Assembly: GCF_000181795.1 (NCBI RefSeq)
Contig: NW_003526943.1
Coordinates: forward strand, 4,702,670 to 4,762,470
DNA length: 59,801 nucleotides
Source: Trichinella spiralis
Lineage: Eukaryota
Direction: 5' to 3'
A program made the translations under genes and the position numbers. Each line of letters opens with the position of its first letter. Within the stretch, counting starts at the first letter, position 1. Below are positions 11,611 through 26,700 of this stretch, piece by piece. Below the pieces are notes generated by a model. It saw nothing but the letters and a program-made list of their open reading frames with translations, was not told where the DNA came from and searched no databases.

Positions 11611-14600
11611 GAAAATAAAAATAAAAAATCTAAAACATATTTAAATAAACAACAACAAAATTGCTCACTGCTTTCATGATTGATTTTTCCCAAGCGACGA
11701 AAGATTCCAACGCATCCATGCACATGTGGAACTGAGCCGCAGAACGCGCGCCATCCACTCCTTGACGCCAGTGAACAATTTGAGCGGGTAAATCTTCCGA
11801 ACTACCATCATTTCCTGTAAATTGAAAAAAAATTTTCAAAAACAAATTTCAAACAACAACAACAACAGTAATAATAATGCAAATTTTACACAACACACAT
11901 CCTGCAATTCTAACTCGAAGAATATAATTATTAATTTTAACTGCCCCTCCACTTACTACTCAATTGCTTTTTTAAAGATTACTTTACTGAATAATAATAA
12001 TAATAATAATAATTTATAATTTGGCATACCTTTGGAGGAAAGTTTTGCTCGACTGCTATTCGACTGAAACATCTTCGCTTCATTGCTAAAAATTTATAAT
12101 AAATAATACAAATAAAAGTGAAATAATAAAATGACCAACAAACAACAACTCACTGATTGATGAAAGGTGTCAAGTAGCGTCTTTCGATGTTCTTTTCCAA
12201 ATTCAACAATCTTGCCTTAACCAACGCCAATATATCACCATTGTCATTATTGAGCAAAGACAATTCCGATTCGGCAGAGTAATTATTATTATTATTATTA
12301 TTATTATTATACTCTCCTCCTTCTTCTGGATGCCAACCCTAGATAAAATTGAAAAAAAATTAAAATTCAAAATTGTGCAATTTTTTTTGAATAATTAATA
12401 TTATAAAAATTTACGGGAACATGAATGTTCGCCTGGTAACATTTGTCTTCGAGTTGTTGCATTGCTGTCAGCACTGTCATCATTTGTTCGACAAAAGACG
12501 GTCCAGAACGGCGGATCGTAGGAGTTAGTTCAATTGCACCTGAATCATGATTGTAGGTAGATTGTAGCATAGCATACATACAATAGCAGCATTGTAAAAA
12601 AGTAAAAAAAAACTGAAATTTTCATTTCCAATTTATGAATAATAATAATAATAATATACTTTTGTCTCCAAAGGCACACTCCTTGTAAGTGTCCGAATAT
12701 TTGGCCAACGAGCGACTGAACAAACGTTCGCGTATTCCACGCTGGCTCAGACTTTGCAACAGCTCGTCCACTTTGGACGGCTGGTCAATTATCCACCAAC
12801 AACAACTGTCACCACCACCACCACCACCACCAGCCGGAGCCGAGGCCTTTGCGTAGGCGGATTTAAGCTGACGATCGTCCGCTTCAATTGCATCATTTTC
12901 AGCAATGCTAACCTTGTGGTGGTGGTCGTCGTTCATCAGCGCAACAACCGCATCCCGTAGAGCCGTGACACAGTCGCGGACGTCGGTTTCGACCGTGTTC
13001 GAGCCGGATTCCACCGACTGCACCAAAATGCCCCGAATCTCGTTGATCATCCAATAGTTTCGCCGCAGGCGGTCCTGACCCAACGGCAAAGAGCGTATTT
13101 TCAAACCTCTGTTGCTAATTTTGCAACGCATCTGGTCCACTTCCTGAAGAAAATAATATTTAAAAAAATGTATTTTAATAAAACAACAACAACAACAACA
13201 ACAAACCTTGGACAAAGTGTCGATCATTTTGTCAATCTCTTCGGGACTCATTTGTTTTTCCTAAATTAAAATAAAAATTAAAATTTACTTCACAAGTATA
13301 AATAAGATCAATAATTAAATAAATAAACCTCAGGAGTGAGTTCACTTTCAAAAAGTGCTCCACTGTGACCAGGCTCGCCACCACCCTGCTGCTGTTGTTG
13401 CTGCTGCTCTGATTTCAGATCATCTTTCGTCGATTCATCACAATTATGCAACTGTTGGTTATTATTCTACAAAAAAGCGAACAATAACAAAAAATTTACA
13501 CACAAATTACTGGAAATTTTAAATAAATTTCAAATACAGCTTCTGCATTCGGATCATATTTTTCAGCAGACGACGCTCCAAGTTCTGAAACGGCGCTTTC
13601 GTCCGATTTTTGATCTTTGCCAACAACAACAACTTTCTTCTGTTGCTGCTCTCCAACTTTTGCCGCACGTGCTAGACGCAATCTAAGAAAAAATTCCAAA
13701 TAACAACAACAACAACAACAACAACAACATAAATTATTTAAAAAATACACATAAAAACTTATAAAATATATATATACGCTACTCACGCTCTAATTTTTCC
13801 TTTCTTCGACCATTTGTCGCTTTTCAATTTGGCCAATTCTTCAATATTGCTTTCTACTTCACGCACCACGTTTCGGCAGTAGAGCAAATCATTGCACATG
13901 TACGCCAACATGCGCACTTTCACTGATGGATCAACAGCTTCGAATGAATTGCTTTCCAAAGAATTGGACAACTTGAAAAATACAACAAATAATAATAAAA
14001 TTATTAAATTTTCATAAACTGATTATCAATTTCGTTGCGTTTGCTTTTATTTCTGTTTTACCTGCAGGCAAGAAGGGTCATCGCGAGAAATGAAAAACAA
14101 CCGCAACAGTTCACTGTAATTAGCATCGGTAACGGTCTCATCTTTCAAAGTCACTCCTGTACATGTGCAAATAGCACTAGCACCGGTAGGCAGATTTGAA
14201 TATTCCAAAAGCAACGATAGCAATGTTTTCGTCAAATTGACGACAGCCTGTTGATCAGGTGGATTGTTCAACAAACCGGCATGCATTGTTGCTAATGAAG
14301 GAATGTCAGATTTTTCTTAAAAAAAACAAAATCGAAATCAATAAAGAAACAACTGAATATTTGGAATGCCAGAAAAACTTACTTATATTAAGTACATGAC
14401 CAAATGTGGTGACAAACTGCATCACCATCAACAAATCTGCAAAAGCGCTCGAATCCAACTGCAAATGCTTTACTGGAGTAAATTCAGGAAGAGGCTGCAA
14501 ATTTTAAACGTTATTATTAAAAAAAAATAAACCACCACCACAATAACAATAAAATCCCACTTTTGCATGCTCAACTTCAGTATCTTCAACTGGAACACGA

Positions 14601-17509
14601 ACTTGACGCACTTTCACTTCTTTTTCGTTATTCTTCAGCTGAAGAGAAAAAATGAATAATTAATTTTTATATATTGTACATAAAAAAACCAAGAATAAAA
14701 GAAAGAGAGGAAGGAGGGGGTTGAAAAATATACCAATTTTTGTTCTTCGCGCATCACGGCAGCAGCTTTTGCCACAACTCGCTTCACTGCCGGCGCTTCT
14801 TGTTGATTCTGTTGCTTTTTCAATTTTTGCTGTGCTTTCTGCATAATTTATGAAAATTAATTGTGATATTGAAACAACAAGAAAAAAAGAAGAAAATAAC
14901 AACACAAAAGCACAATTTCTTTTCACAATTTTGTTCTACTTACCAAATTTCGAACGCGACCACGTTCACCGTCAGATTGTTTGAATTCTACTAAAATGCA
15001 TGAAAAAAATATACATATAATAAGAGAAAAAAAATAAAATATTAAACATTAAAAACAACAATCGCTTGATTTATTGTTGCTGGCAAAAAAAATTACATTT
15101 CCGTCTTTGTGTAGTTGCTTTGGTGACGCTGCTTTTCCTGACCAACGCCGTCGTAACCCGCTTGGATCGTCTCGACAATGAGTCATTTGCACCTGAAAAT
15201 ACCAAAAATACAAAATAAATGGATAAGCATTAAAATTTTCAATTCACTCACCGTCATTGGGAGAGTTCTTCATTGATGATGGAAGTGATCCGCCAGAGCC
15301 GTTGTTCTTCAACTGGCTCAACAAGTTGAGCACGTCCGATTCGGACAAATTTACCAACCCCTGAAAAAAAGTATAAATATAATATAATAATAAAATAATA
15401 GAATATAAGTTTTCCATCCATCTTACGCTTTTCAAGGAATCCCGTCGATTGCACACAAACTCTCCGACGATTATTTTCGAGCTGAAGCTGAAATCTTCCT
15501 TGGTCAGGTTAATTATTCCATTTTTTCTCAAATACTGAAAAAGAAATAATAAATAAATTGAACATAGTGACTGATTTTTTTAAACAGTAAAAAAATACAC
15601 ACTCGCATCACTTCAACATAAGAACCGAGTCGTTTTCCACAAGGTGCATAATAGAGAACATCTCCACGAATGCCAGACGCAGAAATGTGACGAATGACCG
15701 TCTGTCGACGCCAGCCGCACAAAATCGGATTACGCAACAATTTGGGATTGACTACGCGTTTTCGATTTGCTTCAAAAATGAAAAAAAAATAAACATAAAT
15801 AAATATATATATATATATTATAGTTGTTTTTCAAATGTTGATTTCAACTGTTGTTTTTACTTGTTTCCGCGAGATTTTTTTCCATTAAATTATTGTCCAA
15901 ATGACCATTTGTTGCACGCTGGATTCCACTGGAAGAGAGATCTGAAAGAGAAAACGAATATTTTTCGATAAAAAAAATTAAAAACAAATAACATGAACGT
16001 ACCGGCATGCTGCTGAGTGGGTGTGGCTTTGTTCGATTTTGTCCTGAGATCCAACGCCGCCGTTGTCGTCGTCGTCGTCGTTGTCGCGGTATCGACGACG
16101 TTGGCGTCGGTTGATTCAATGCCGACGGGCTGGGCCTGAGGGCTGGCTTTATTGCCAACAGCAGCAGTGGTGGAGCCAACGCCGGCTCTTTTCATCATCG
16201 CCAACTGTTGACGAACAGTTATACCACCGCGGGAGCCACGCCCGGCGCGTCGCCGGGGCCTGCCCGGACCCGACCGGCCGGCGGAACTGGCGCTCGCCGC
16301 GTAAGCGTTCGGATTCATGAAATGATCCAACGACGAAAAGGCGAAGTAAAATTGCGACAACGCGGCGGGCGACCGGGGCTGGCCACTGGCCACGTCGTCG
16401 ATCGTGTCGTCAACCGAACTGCGGTTCGTCTCCTTTGGATCCAGGGTCGAAGCGGACGAAGCCGGTCGTCGAGTGTCGTTCGAAGAAATAGTGGCCGGTC
16501 GACCGCGACCGGCGGCCCCACGCCTGGACGCGGTCGGAGTTCTGCCGCGTCTCGACGAAACAGCCCGACGACCGCCGCCCGTCGTCGCCTGTCTCGCGCC
16601 GCTTGCTCTGGTCGGTGTTACCGGTTCCGGTTCCAGGGTCGTGGTCGTGGTCCTTTTCGAAGGTGACGTCATCGTCGACGGCAAAGTTGTAGAAGCAGAA
16701 GTGGCGCGATCGTCGGTCGAAGCGATCGACGCCACGGTCACCGCGGCCGGCGGTGGTTCCGCCGCTTGTTGAACGGGATTCGCCGCGGCGCCGAGACCGC
16801 CTGTAAACAGCCCAGTTTGCAAATTTGTCAGCAAAATCTGATTGGACAACGCGGCCCAAGCTGCGGCAGAAGCGTTGAAAATATTCTGCTGATCAAGCGG
16901 CGACACCGCAAAACGCTTGCCACCACCAGTACCGCCGCCGCTGCCAGTAGTCGACGTGGACGTGGGCTCGTCTCCGACAGTTGTGGAACCGCCGTTCGAC
17001 GTGCTCGTTGTCATCACCTGCTCGTCCGGAGATTTCGGCTTGCCGCCACTTTCACCGCGTCGTTTTGGGTTGGAAAAGTCGATCTGCTCGTCGGCTCGTC
17101 GTTTGTCACCAGCGGACTGTTGACGTTGTTTACCCCTCGGCTGACCACTGCCCCCAGTTTGGGATTTTTGAACAAGCGAACCGGCGCCACTTGTGCTGCT
17201 ACTTTCGCCTTTTGTCCAAAAAGACGCGGCGGCCTGTTCGACCACTGGAGGAGGCGACGATTCTGCCGCCGCAGTCGATGCCGCCGCATTCGGCGACGAC
17301 GACGACGAACAAGCTTGCATTACCGTCGTCTGCTCTGCTGTGAACAACAAAAACAAATGTGCACAATTAAAAACGGAAAAAGTCCATCAGAAATTCACAT
17401 TCAAATTTCATTCAATCAATCAACAATACAGTTCACTGGTTGATAGAAACCCAATTGTCAACTACAGTATTTTTTTTACCTTCATCGCGTGCATAACACC
17501 CAACAGTTG

Positions 17510-17543
<34 letters not shown>

Positions 17544-19891
17544 TGCAAAATGGCAGTCGGTAATTTACGTTGTGTTCGGTTGTGGATTTAATTTCAAAAA
17601 AAAATTCGTTCATTTTAATCGATTTTCAAAATTCTCCTCCCATCGAAATTTACAACCAAGAAAAAAATCGACAAAAACGAGTTCTCTTTTTTGAGAAAAT
17701 AATATGCAAACAACACCTATCAGTGGTATAAATATAAAATTATCAAAAGTTAAATTAAGTTACAATTTTATACCACAACTGCATGCACATTCGTTGATTT
17801 CTTTTTCAAATTTAAAATAAACAACAACAAAATTACACACGTGAATTTGCTTACCGGTGTTGCCAGAGGCCGCTTTTGAAAGTCGGTGCAATATTTCAGG
17901 AAAGCTCTCTTCCAAAACCGACGCCGCAGCAGCGGATCCCGTAGCCGCGGCCGCGGCCGCGCCAGCGCCCACCGACTGTTGATTTCTACCACCAAACAAG
18001 GTAGCCATTTGCAAAAAATAATCGCCAGTTGTGGCAGGGAATGCGTAGGGCCAGAAACCTGTGTGACAAAAGGGTAAAATTCAAACAAATAAACAAAAAG
18101 AAGCGTTGTTTATCGAATTTGTCGAATAGTGTGTGTCGCAGAAAGATGGGGCAAAAAAGAGAAGAAAACTAGCACACAACTTTTTCGGCTATAAAACGTC
18201 CACAGTAAACTCATTTAAAAATAATAAAGACCACATTAAAATACAGTCACCGTAATTTTCTTTTTCTTACAACAATCTAACTGAACCTGACTATTATTAT
18301 TATTATTATTTGAAATAAAATGTTATCAGTGAAAAAGAAATATTGACTTAAACAAAACAAAAAAAGTGAAATAAAATAAAAATCTTATATCAAAATATAT
18401 ATATAAATATATATTTATATCAATATATTAATAAAAAAGACTGATGAAATGTTGATGAAAAATTACGGACGATTGAACTTTAGCGTAAATTAGAAAAAAA
18501 AATTTTCTGAAAAAATACAAAAATTGAGAAAGAAAATACATTTTCCATATTTCTAATTGATAAATTTTGAAAAACAACAACGACAACAACAATTTACACA
18601 AAGTTCAGTCGTGACCCAAATAATAAATAAAAGTAAAAGAAAAAAAAACCTACAAAGCAGTAGTTAGTGTTCCTCGAATATAAAGGATTTTTTACATGTA
18701 TTTGTTAAAAAAATTTTGGACAAAAACAACTGACCTAGAAATACCAATCGGCAAATATTTACAAAAAGAGAATTGAAAAAAGAAATCATGCTCTTGTTGA
18801 CAGTATGCCTACAGTGTTCTTTGTCCAAAGGTGTGTAGTGTGATTGGTTGGGAGGGAGAGAAGAAACAAAAACAAAAAAAAACAGTACCAAACCAGGGTT
18901 TGTTGTTCCACTGGTAAATAGGAGAAGTTTTTTGTCCTTTTTTTGTTTTGTTTTTGGTTTGTGTGCTTACCTGAGATCGGCGACGCACCACCAACTGCGT
19001 ACGGCATGAATGGGAAAAAAAATGGATTGAATGATGCAAACGAACCGCCACCGCCCCCGACGCTGGAAAAAGCCGACGCGCTGGATAAAGATGCGGCGGC
19101 GTTGGCGGCGGCCGAAACTGACCGACTGCCCATGAGCTGTTCGACGGTGGTACCGAATGGAGACTGACTTGAAGCAGAAGCGGACGAAGAGACGCTGTTC
19201 GGTCTGCCGTTGTCAGCGCAACCGTTTGTACTGCAAAGCGATCCGCCACGCCCTAAAAGTGTGTAAGTTGTTGTTCAATCGACTGACATTGTTTCAATTA
19301 ATCATACTTTTTTTAAATATAAATTATTAATTTAATTAATTACACAAACCGCAAGAAAAAAAAAACCTTCATGCATCATGATAAACAGTGAAAAGTTCTA
19401 CTATGCTGTGCTGTGTGTGTTAGTTGAATTTTATATAATAATTTATATTTTTGATGTTCAGTTGATTTAAAAAACATTCTTCACAACAGAAATTGATTGT
19501 GATGAAAATGAATAAGCAATTAATTTGCTTACCCAATTGTTAAAAAAAATTTTTTTTTTCTGAATATCAAATTCAATTAACTGGTAGAAAAAAGTGAATG
19601 TTGAAAAAATAAAAGCGATCCATCTTCTATTTTATTATATTCAAGATTCAAACAACAACAACAACAACAACAACAATCTATGGCGATTTTGTTTGTCACT
19701 ACTTCCTATGCTCGAGCAGAGACAATCGCAACTGTGAAGAAGAAGAAGAAGAGACTGTTGGATTGTTGAGCCAAACTAGCTAGTTCCGCTCTACGTGATC
19801 TACATGCGCATATTAATTCACAAACAAATTAATAATAATTTCGATTTCAAGGTAAACAAAAGTAAATTTCACAAGCACAAGTACGTTCCAT
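10268..19891 (-). CDS. BAZ2B: BAZ2/toutatis/TIP5-family ISWI partner (AT-hooks, TAM/MBD, DDT, WHIM, two PHD fingers, bromodomain), about 25 exons
   Basis: MBD/TAM GWRRQT...GDVLYYAPCGKRL (about 15604-15770); DDT FADLLMVMQFVTTFGHVL; WHIM PLGQDRLRRNYW and LSQRGIRERL; PHD CQICR...LLLCDGCDMGYHTYCFRP...WYCPEC; second PHD about 11115-11270; bromodomain SWPF..PV...YKKVIKKPMDLS...FNEDDS; stop at 10268. Exons to 19252 are in phase. The ATG at 19891 in a 22-nt exon is tentative. Confidence 0.88.
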
Positions 19892-22800
19892 CAGCGTCCA
19901 TGTCGCCTAGGAAATACGATTCTTTTCCAAAAGAGAAAAAAAAGGATAAAATGAAAAAAATATTTTTGACAACTGAAATAAATAATCTTTTTTTTTGGTT
20001 CGAAATTTAATTTTTAAAAATGAACAATTTATATGATGAATTTTAGAAAATATCATATTTTTTTGCTAGAAATGATAAAAATTTTAATATATATACATTA
20101 AAAAAATTACTTATAAAATGAACGTCATCATTAAGTAAGCGATGGACAATAAATAATGAGTAAAGTAGTAGTAGTAGAGTTGATCGGTTAGCGTTGGAGA
20201 GGGAGGCTGTTTCGCTGTTTGTGTATTATCTTTTGCTACGGCGAGCGTCAACAACTGTTTGCATTGATTAACCGACAAAAGCGAGGCAATAGAAACAAAG
20301 AAAAGCTACTATTCTCCACTATATATTGAAAGACACAACTAGAAGAGGAGCATAGACAAAAAGCGAGCGAGAGTAAAGCAGACGGTTAGTTTTTATTAAA
20401 ACAAAAAAAAATTCTTTTCCCCCAATACTTTATTAATATTAATAATAATTATTCCGTTTACCTGTATGCGTTATAATACATTGGTGAAAAAATTGATTTT
20501 ACCAATTGTATTATTATCAGTGACCGTATTGAAGAAAAAGTGATGCGAATTACCTACTACTGCTACTGCTACTACTAATATTACACAGGGAGACGGTTTT
20601 GCTTTGGAGGAAAACCGGTTCGCCAACGGGCGTCGTGTTTACGCGTCGGTGATTTCCAAAATCAAATCGCATCGCACACAAACGACGATGACGTTCACCA
20701 ACAAGCAACACACACACACACACACAAAAGAAACTTAATCAAATGATGAAAAAAAAATTTTAATTTTTAATAATTTAATTTTTTCCTTCTTTTCGCTCAT
20801 TAAACACAACCAACAAACAAACAAATAAAAATTCGAATTTGAAAAATCCATTCTCATGCCATGGCTCTTTTTTCAGATGCTATTTTTATAAAACCGGTCT
20901 TTCGAACGTTTATATATATTAATTCGCAAAAGTTTCTTTCTCGCAGCTCAGCTTTTATTTAAAATTTTTGCAACAACAAAAAATAATAATAAATTAAAAT
21001 CAACCTTTCACACGTTTGACGTAATTTTTCACCTCAGCATTATTCACATATTATTTTATTTTTGAAAAGTTTTTACTTGTTTCATTTGGAAAATAATGTA
21101 TGATATTTTTTTTCTTTATATATATGTATATATCTTTCCCTTCCCGAATTTCTCCTCTTTCACAAAAGCATATAAAAATAAGCATTCTATAGTTGTAAGT
21201 GAAGCCGCTACGGCTAATTGAATCGTGACAAATCAATACCAATATTATCAATAACTACTACTACTACTACTACGTCGTATGTGAATTGTATATGCATGCA
21301 TCAATGTTGAATATTCTCTTTCTCTCTCATTCAGTTGATTGCTACTATAAATATATTCGGAGATGTGATAACAAACAAGGTGAAGAAAGTTATTATTTGG
21401 ATCAAAAAAAAAATATATTTTCTGTTCAAAAATTATATTGTAAAATTGAAATAATAAAAATTGACAAATTAATCAATAATTTATCTCTTACCTAAGCCTG
21501 AAGAAGATGACGACGGTCTTGAAATATCCATACAGAAAAATTGTCGAGAAGAAGAAGAAGAAGAAAAAAGAAGAAGCACTGCGTGAGACGACCAATTTTT
21601 TCGCTTGCACCACTTTTATTTATTGGGCTGATTGATCAAACTGAAGCACAGCACGTAAAATACAAGCTTTGCTTTTTTCTTCACATCCACCGCCACTTCT
21701 TCTTATTTTATGATCTTTTTTGACATGACAAAAAACTGATCCATCAATCCGTCCAATAGAATTCGATTTGAAATAGAAAAACAAAAGCTCAACAAACAAA
21801 CAAACAAACAAATAAATAAATAAATAAGTGTTGTTTGTGTTTTTGCTTTTGTTTTCTAAATCAAAACAAAGAAAGAAAGGAAAAAAAATTTTTTTTAAAT
21901 AATAATTAATAATAAAATGTCGAGTCGAACCAACTAACAACGGTGAAAACGATAATGATGAAGGTCGGTGTAAAAGCGTCGATCTTCACTCAGACAACGA
22001 CCCCATTGTCAACTTGCTTTTGCCAACAGGCGACGTCAGTCGTCAAAAATGCAACCGACTGCTTCGTGTAAAATAGCAAAACTGAAAATTCAATATTCAA
22101 AAAGAAACAAGTAAATAAATAAATAAATAAATTTTTTTAAACAGAAAGCAATAAAATAAAATTGTACGCGTCGAACACGAACGAACGAACGAACGAACAC
22201 GCCGCCCACCCCACCAACCAACCAACCAACCAACCACTACACGGTCAATTTGAGCATCGATATTATTATAATTGGAAAATTATTAAAATATATAATACTT
22301 GCGACATGAGTGCAATTTGAAAAATATGCATATCAACTTGCAGATAATTGTAGTTTGGCAAGCAAGCAAGCAAGCAAGCGGCTTTGTGGGAAAAAACGGG
22401 ACAAAGTAGATGGATGTGTAGCAACAGCAGCAGCAGCAGCAGCAGCAGATGGTCACCGTGAAAATGACGCTTCCTCTCAGATCAGCTAGGACACAACTTG
22501 TGCTGTCCTGTCCTGTCCTTTTTATATTCTGTCCTTCTGTAGTAATTTTGTCGACAAACCCTCCACCCCCCTCCGACGAACAGTATAAAGAAAAAAGAAA
22601 ATTAATAAATAATTAGTGAAACTTTTACACATATATATTATAATAAATAAATCGTATGGAAAATAAATAAAAACATACACGATTTAGTAGAAGAAACAAC
22701 AACAACAACAACAATAATAATATAAGAAATGCCAAGTCCGGTCACTTGCTCTTTCTCTCTCTTGTATTCAATACAACAAATATCCTTCCTTGCTGTACTA

Positions 22801-23759
22801 TTACTATTACTGGTCAATCAATGTTCAATGTCAACAAGCAACTCATTATACCTGTATGTGTATAAGAAGAAGAAAAAAAAAATATATATATATAATACAT
22901 AAACAGAAATGAAAAAAGATTGTAAATAACAGAGTTAATTTTGTGATGATGATTCATCGTCGTCGTCATTTTGTTGCACCTGACGCGTTTGAAAAGAAGA
23001 AACTTTTCTTTTCTTCCATATGGAAAAAATAAATCACAAATTAAAATGTAAATTTGAAAAATTTATATGAACAGTTGTGTTTTCAACGATGAAAAGAAAA
23101 GAAAACGAAAATAAACCGACGATGAATCAATCAATCGTAACGATCGAATGATTTTTCTTTCCATTGGCAAATAATGTGGAAGAAGAAGAAGCAAAAAAAA
23201 AATATATATATATTTATATCCAAGTAAAATTGTACCTAATCACCATGATCGATGAGGTTACAGAAAGAAAATGAAAACAATGAGAGAACAAAAAAAAGAG
23301 CATGAACATTTTTCTTGTCAGAAATGGATTTTTAAATTAACAAAAAAAAATTTTTTTTTGAAAAATTCACAACAACACTTATCGTAACAGTGTTGTCAAT
23401 TAGACGTTCGATGAACGATGAAAAATGAGCCAACTTTATGGTAATATAATAATAATAATAATAATAATAGGAGTGGCAAATAGAATGAAGAAAAACAAAT
23501 ACCGCGCGTACTTGTTCGTACTTGTTGTTTCAATCTGCATATTCTTCGTTGGTTTTCAAAAATGAAAGAAACATGCTAACTAACTAGAAAGCTAATAAGA
23601 AAAAAGCAAATTTTATTTTTCTTGAAAAATGTTCCATTTGAAACTTTCATGTTTCTTGATTTGATGCTTTCATTGAAAAATTAGGTGCACAAATTGTCCG
23701 TCCAACTTTGTCGTCTGTCATATTAAACAAACGACGACAACGTTCTATATTTTTAATCG

Positions 23760-23790
<31 letters not shown>

Positions 23791-26700
23791 ATATTAATCT
23801 GAACAATGTCAGCTAGTTTCTTCTTCACTGTAATGGGAGAAAGTTGGTTGAACAGAAGAAAAATAAAAATAGAGCTTTTACCGACCATTTCAGATGATAG
23901 TAATCTGCACTGGATAATTTGAACAGAAATGAATTTTCCATCATCATCATCAGTGTTTGTTTAATTTATATAATTTTAAAATCACACAATTACACATTTA
24001 TGTTTATCAAAGCGATAATAATAATAATAATAGTGATTAAAAAATAAGACATAAATCCATAATTGTCCAATAATATGTTGTGGCTTTGTAAAAAATGGAT
24101 TCGTGAAAAAAAAAGCAAAAACAAAAATCTTACAACAGAACAGAAGAATCGATGTTACTTTTACATTTTCTACACTGCTGACGGTGATGGTGATGGTGAT
24201 CAATTGAAATAATGAAAAGTGTTAAAGCTTTGAACGAGGCAGAAACTGAACGCGCACGCACGTACATACGTTGTTCACGCATGCTAATTCTGTGTGTGTC
24301 TCTCTCTTTGTGTATGATCAATTTAAATGAAGAAATTAAAAAAAATACATATTTATATAAATATATTTTCTTTTCACTTGCCACTATTGGTTGTTGCACT
24401 TCTTCTCTTTATTCATGTGACATTTGAAAAGAAGCAACACAAAAAAGAAAAACAAATGACAAGGAAATTTGAAAAACATATTTAAAAAAAAGAATTTTAA
24501 AAGTTTTAATTAAATTATAACTAAAGAAACAAAAGAAATAATTAATAATTTACCTTAAAATCACCGATTATATGGCAACAATGATGAAACTTTTCTATTA
24601 CGTAATCCAAAGCTGGATGAAGAAATTTCAAATTGACAAAAGTAAGTAAACAGCAAACACACTTTGCCGTTATGTAAGTGAATGTGCATGCATGCATGCA
24701 TGAAAGCGAAAAATAGCATTTATTCCACCACTACCACCACCACCAACGGCTGGCTTTTCCTCTTCTTCTTCTTCTTCTTCTTCTTCTTCTTTGACAAACA
24801 AATAGCAATTTATTATCGATTTACTACGTACTTGTGCTTTTGGTTTAAAGAAGAAACTTTGGTTCGTTCTTTGAAATTGAAAACCCATTTTCAACGTTGA
24901 TAAATTATAATAATAAACTTTAAATAATTGTTCACGATCAACCTTGATTAAAAACTGTAATAATTGAAATTAACAACAACAACAACAACAACAATTTACA
25001 AAAAACAAATATTGTACGATAGTATTACTACTAATTCGACAATAATAATAATAATAATAATATACGGCTTTAGTGAAATTCTTTACCAAAAATCAAATTA
25101 TTAACGATCTGATTGAAAATGTGAATATGACGATGAAATAAAATATTATCATTTCTGTTCAACGTCAATCATAACAATGACAATCGAAACGATATGAATT
25201 TCAATTTTTTTTTCAACAAACAACAAACAAACAAACAAACAATCGACGACCTCAACCTTGTTCTCAATTTATTAAGAATAAAAAAAAATTGCCGTTCCTC
25301 AAGCCGCGTCCTCTTCTTCAACTTATGAAATCATAATTACAACATTGCAGAATACAAAAATAAATTTACACCATATTTTCCTTTTCGTTTTTCACCTCAT
25401 GTAATTGATTTCAACAATCAAATTGAATGACCAGCAGCACCAACAGCAGCAGCATGTTGGTTGGTGATTAATATTTAGAACGTTTGAAATTATTCCCATT
25501 TTCCATGCAACAATGCAAACAACAATTTCGATAAAGCGAATCCAATTCGCCAAACAATGTAAACAACAATTTTTGAATTTTACCTTATATTTATTCAGCT
25601 TTCAACACAACAAATGCACACAACCCAGTCGAGCGTGACGCGCATTGGAAGAAAAATTTCACTCGGCATAAGAAAACTTTTTTTTTCCCTTTCTCTCCAC
25701 CATCATCACTAACCGACAAATTTCTAGATGGATCATAAATTATAAATAAAATTATCTAAATTGGACAGATTCTTTCTTTTTTTCTCAAACCAATCTGTGA
25801 TAATCTATCGAGCAGATTGGATACCAGTGAATTAATGACGCTGTTGTTGCCGCTGCTCTGTTCACAAGTTGGCAAATTTTCAAACAAATTCAACAACCAC
25901 GGTTCAATTTGATCTTTATCACCAATAATTTATAACAATTATTAATCACAAAAAATAAAACAACTGCTTTTTTTTATTCAATTAAAAAAATTATTACTTG
26001 GTTTTTTTTTCAAAGTTTCTCTGGTTGAATTGTTCACAAAATGCATTTTCAGTGGATGATGATGATGATCAATTTGATTTGAAAATAAAAAAAATTTTTT
26101 CAAAGTTATTTAAATGAAGCTTATTCATTAAACGCTCCAAGCTGCTAAGCGGTTGGAACTGATTTATTGTCTGTTTGCTTTTAGGCAATATATTAAATGA
26201 TTACACTTGATCATCTAATATCTGAATAAATATTCATCGGCCAGTTCAATTTGATAAATAAATAAATTTTCAACACGGAAAACGTTCATTATTTATTTTA
26301 AAAATTATATCACAAATCATTCAACTTACTGCAAAACAAATGGTAAAATTTGAGACGAATCGTTCCAACGAGTGCTTGAACAATTTGTTTCTTCGTTGTT
26401 GTTGTTTCTTTTTTTGAAATACAATATTGTAAATGTTTCTTTCAACATTTAAGTCAAGATCATTTCAAATACAAAAGTAGAAACTGAATCCTTCAGAATA
26501 AAATAAGAATATTCAAAAAAAATTGCTTGTTTTAAAATAATTTAAATTTTCATATAAAAAATACAAAAATAAATAAACTTTAGGATGATTTTTACAATTA
26601 TCGTACATTCCGCAGTTTACTGTAATGATTTTCAAGTTTTTGACGCTACAGAAACGCGTTGCAGAATGGAAGAAAAAGAAAAAGAAAACAAACAGCGCAA

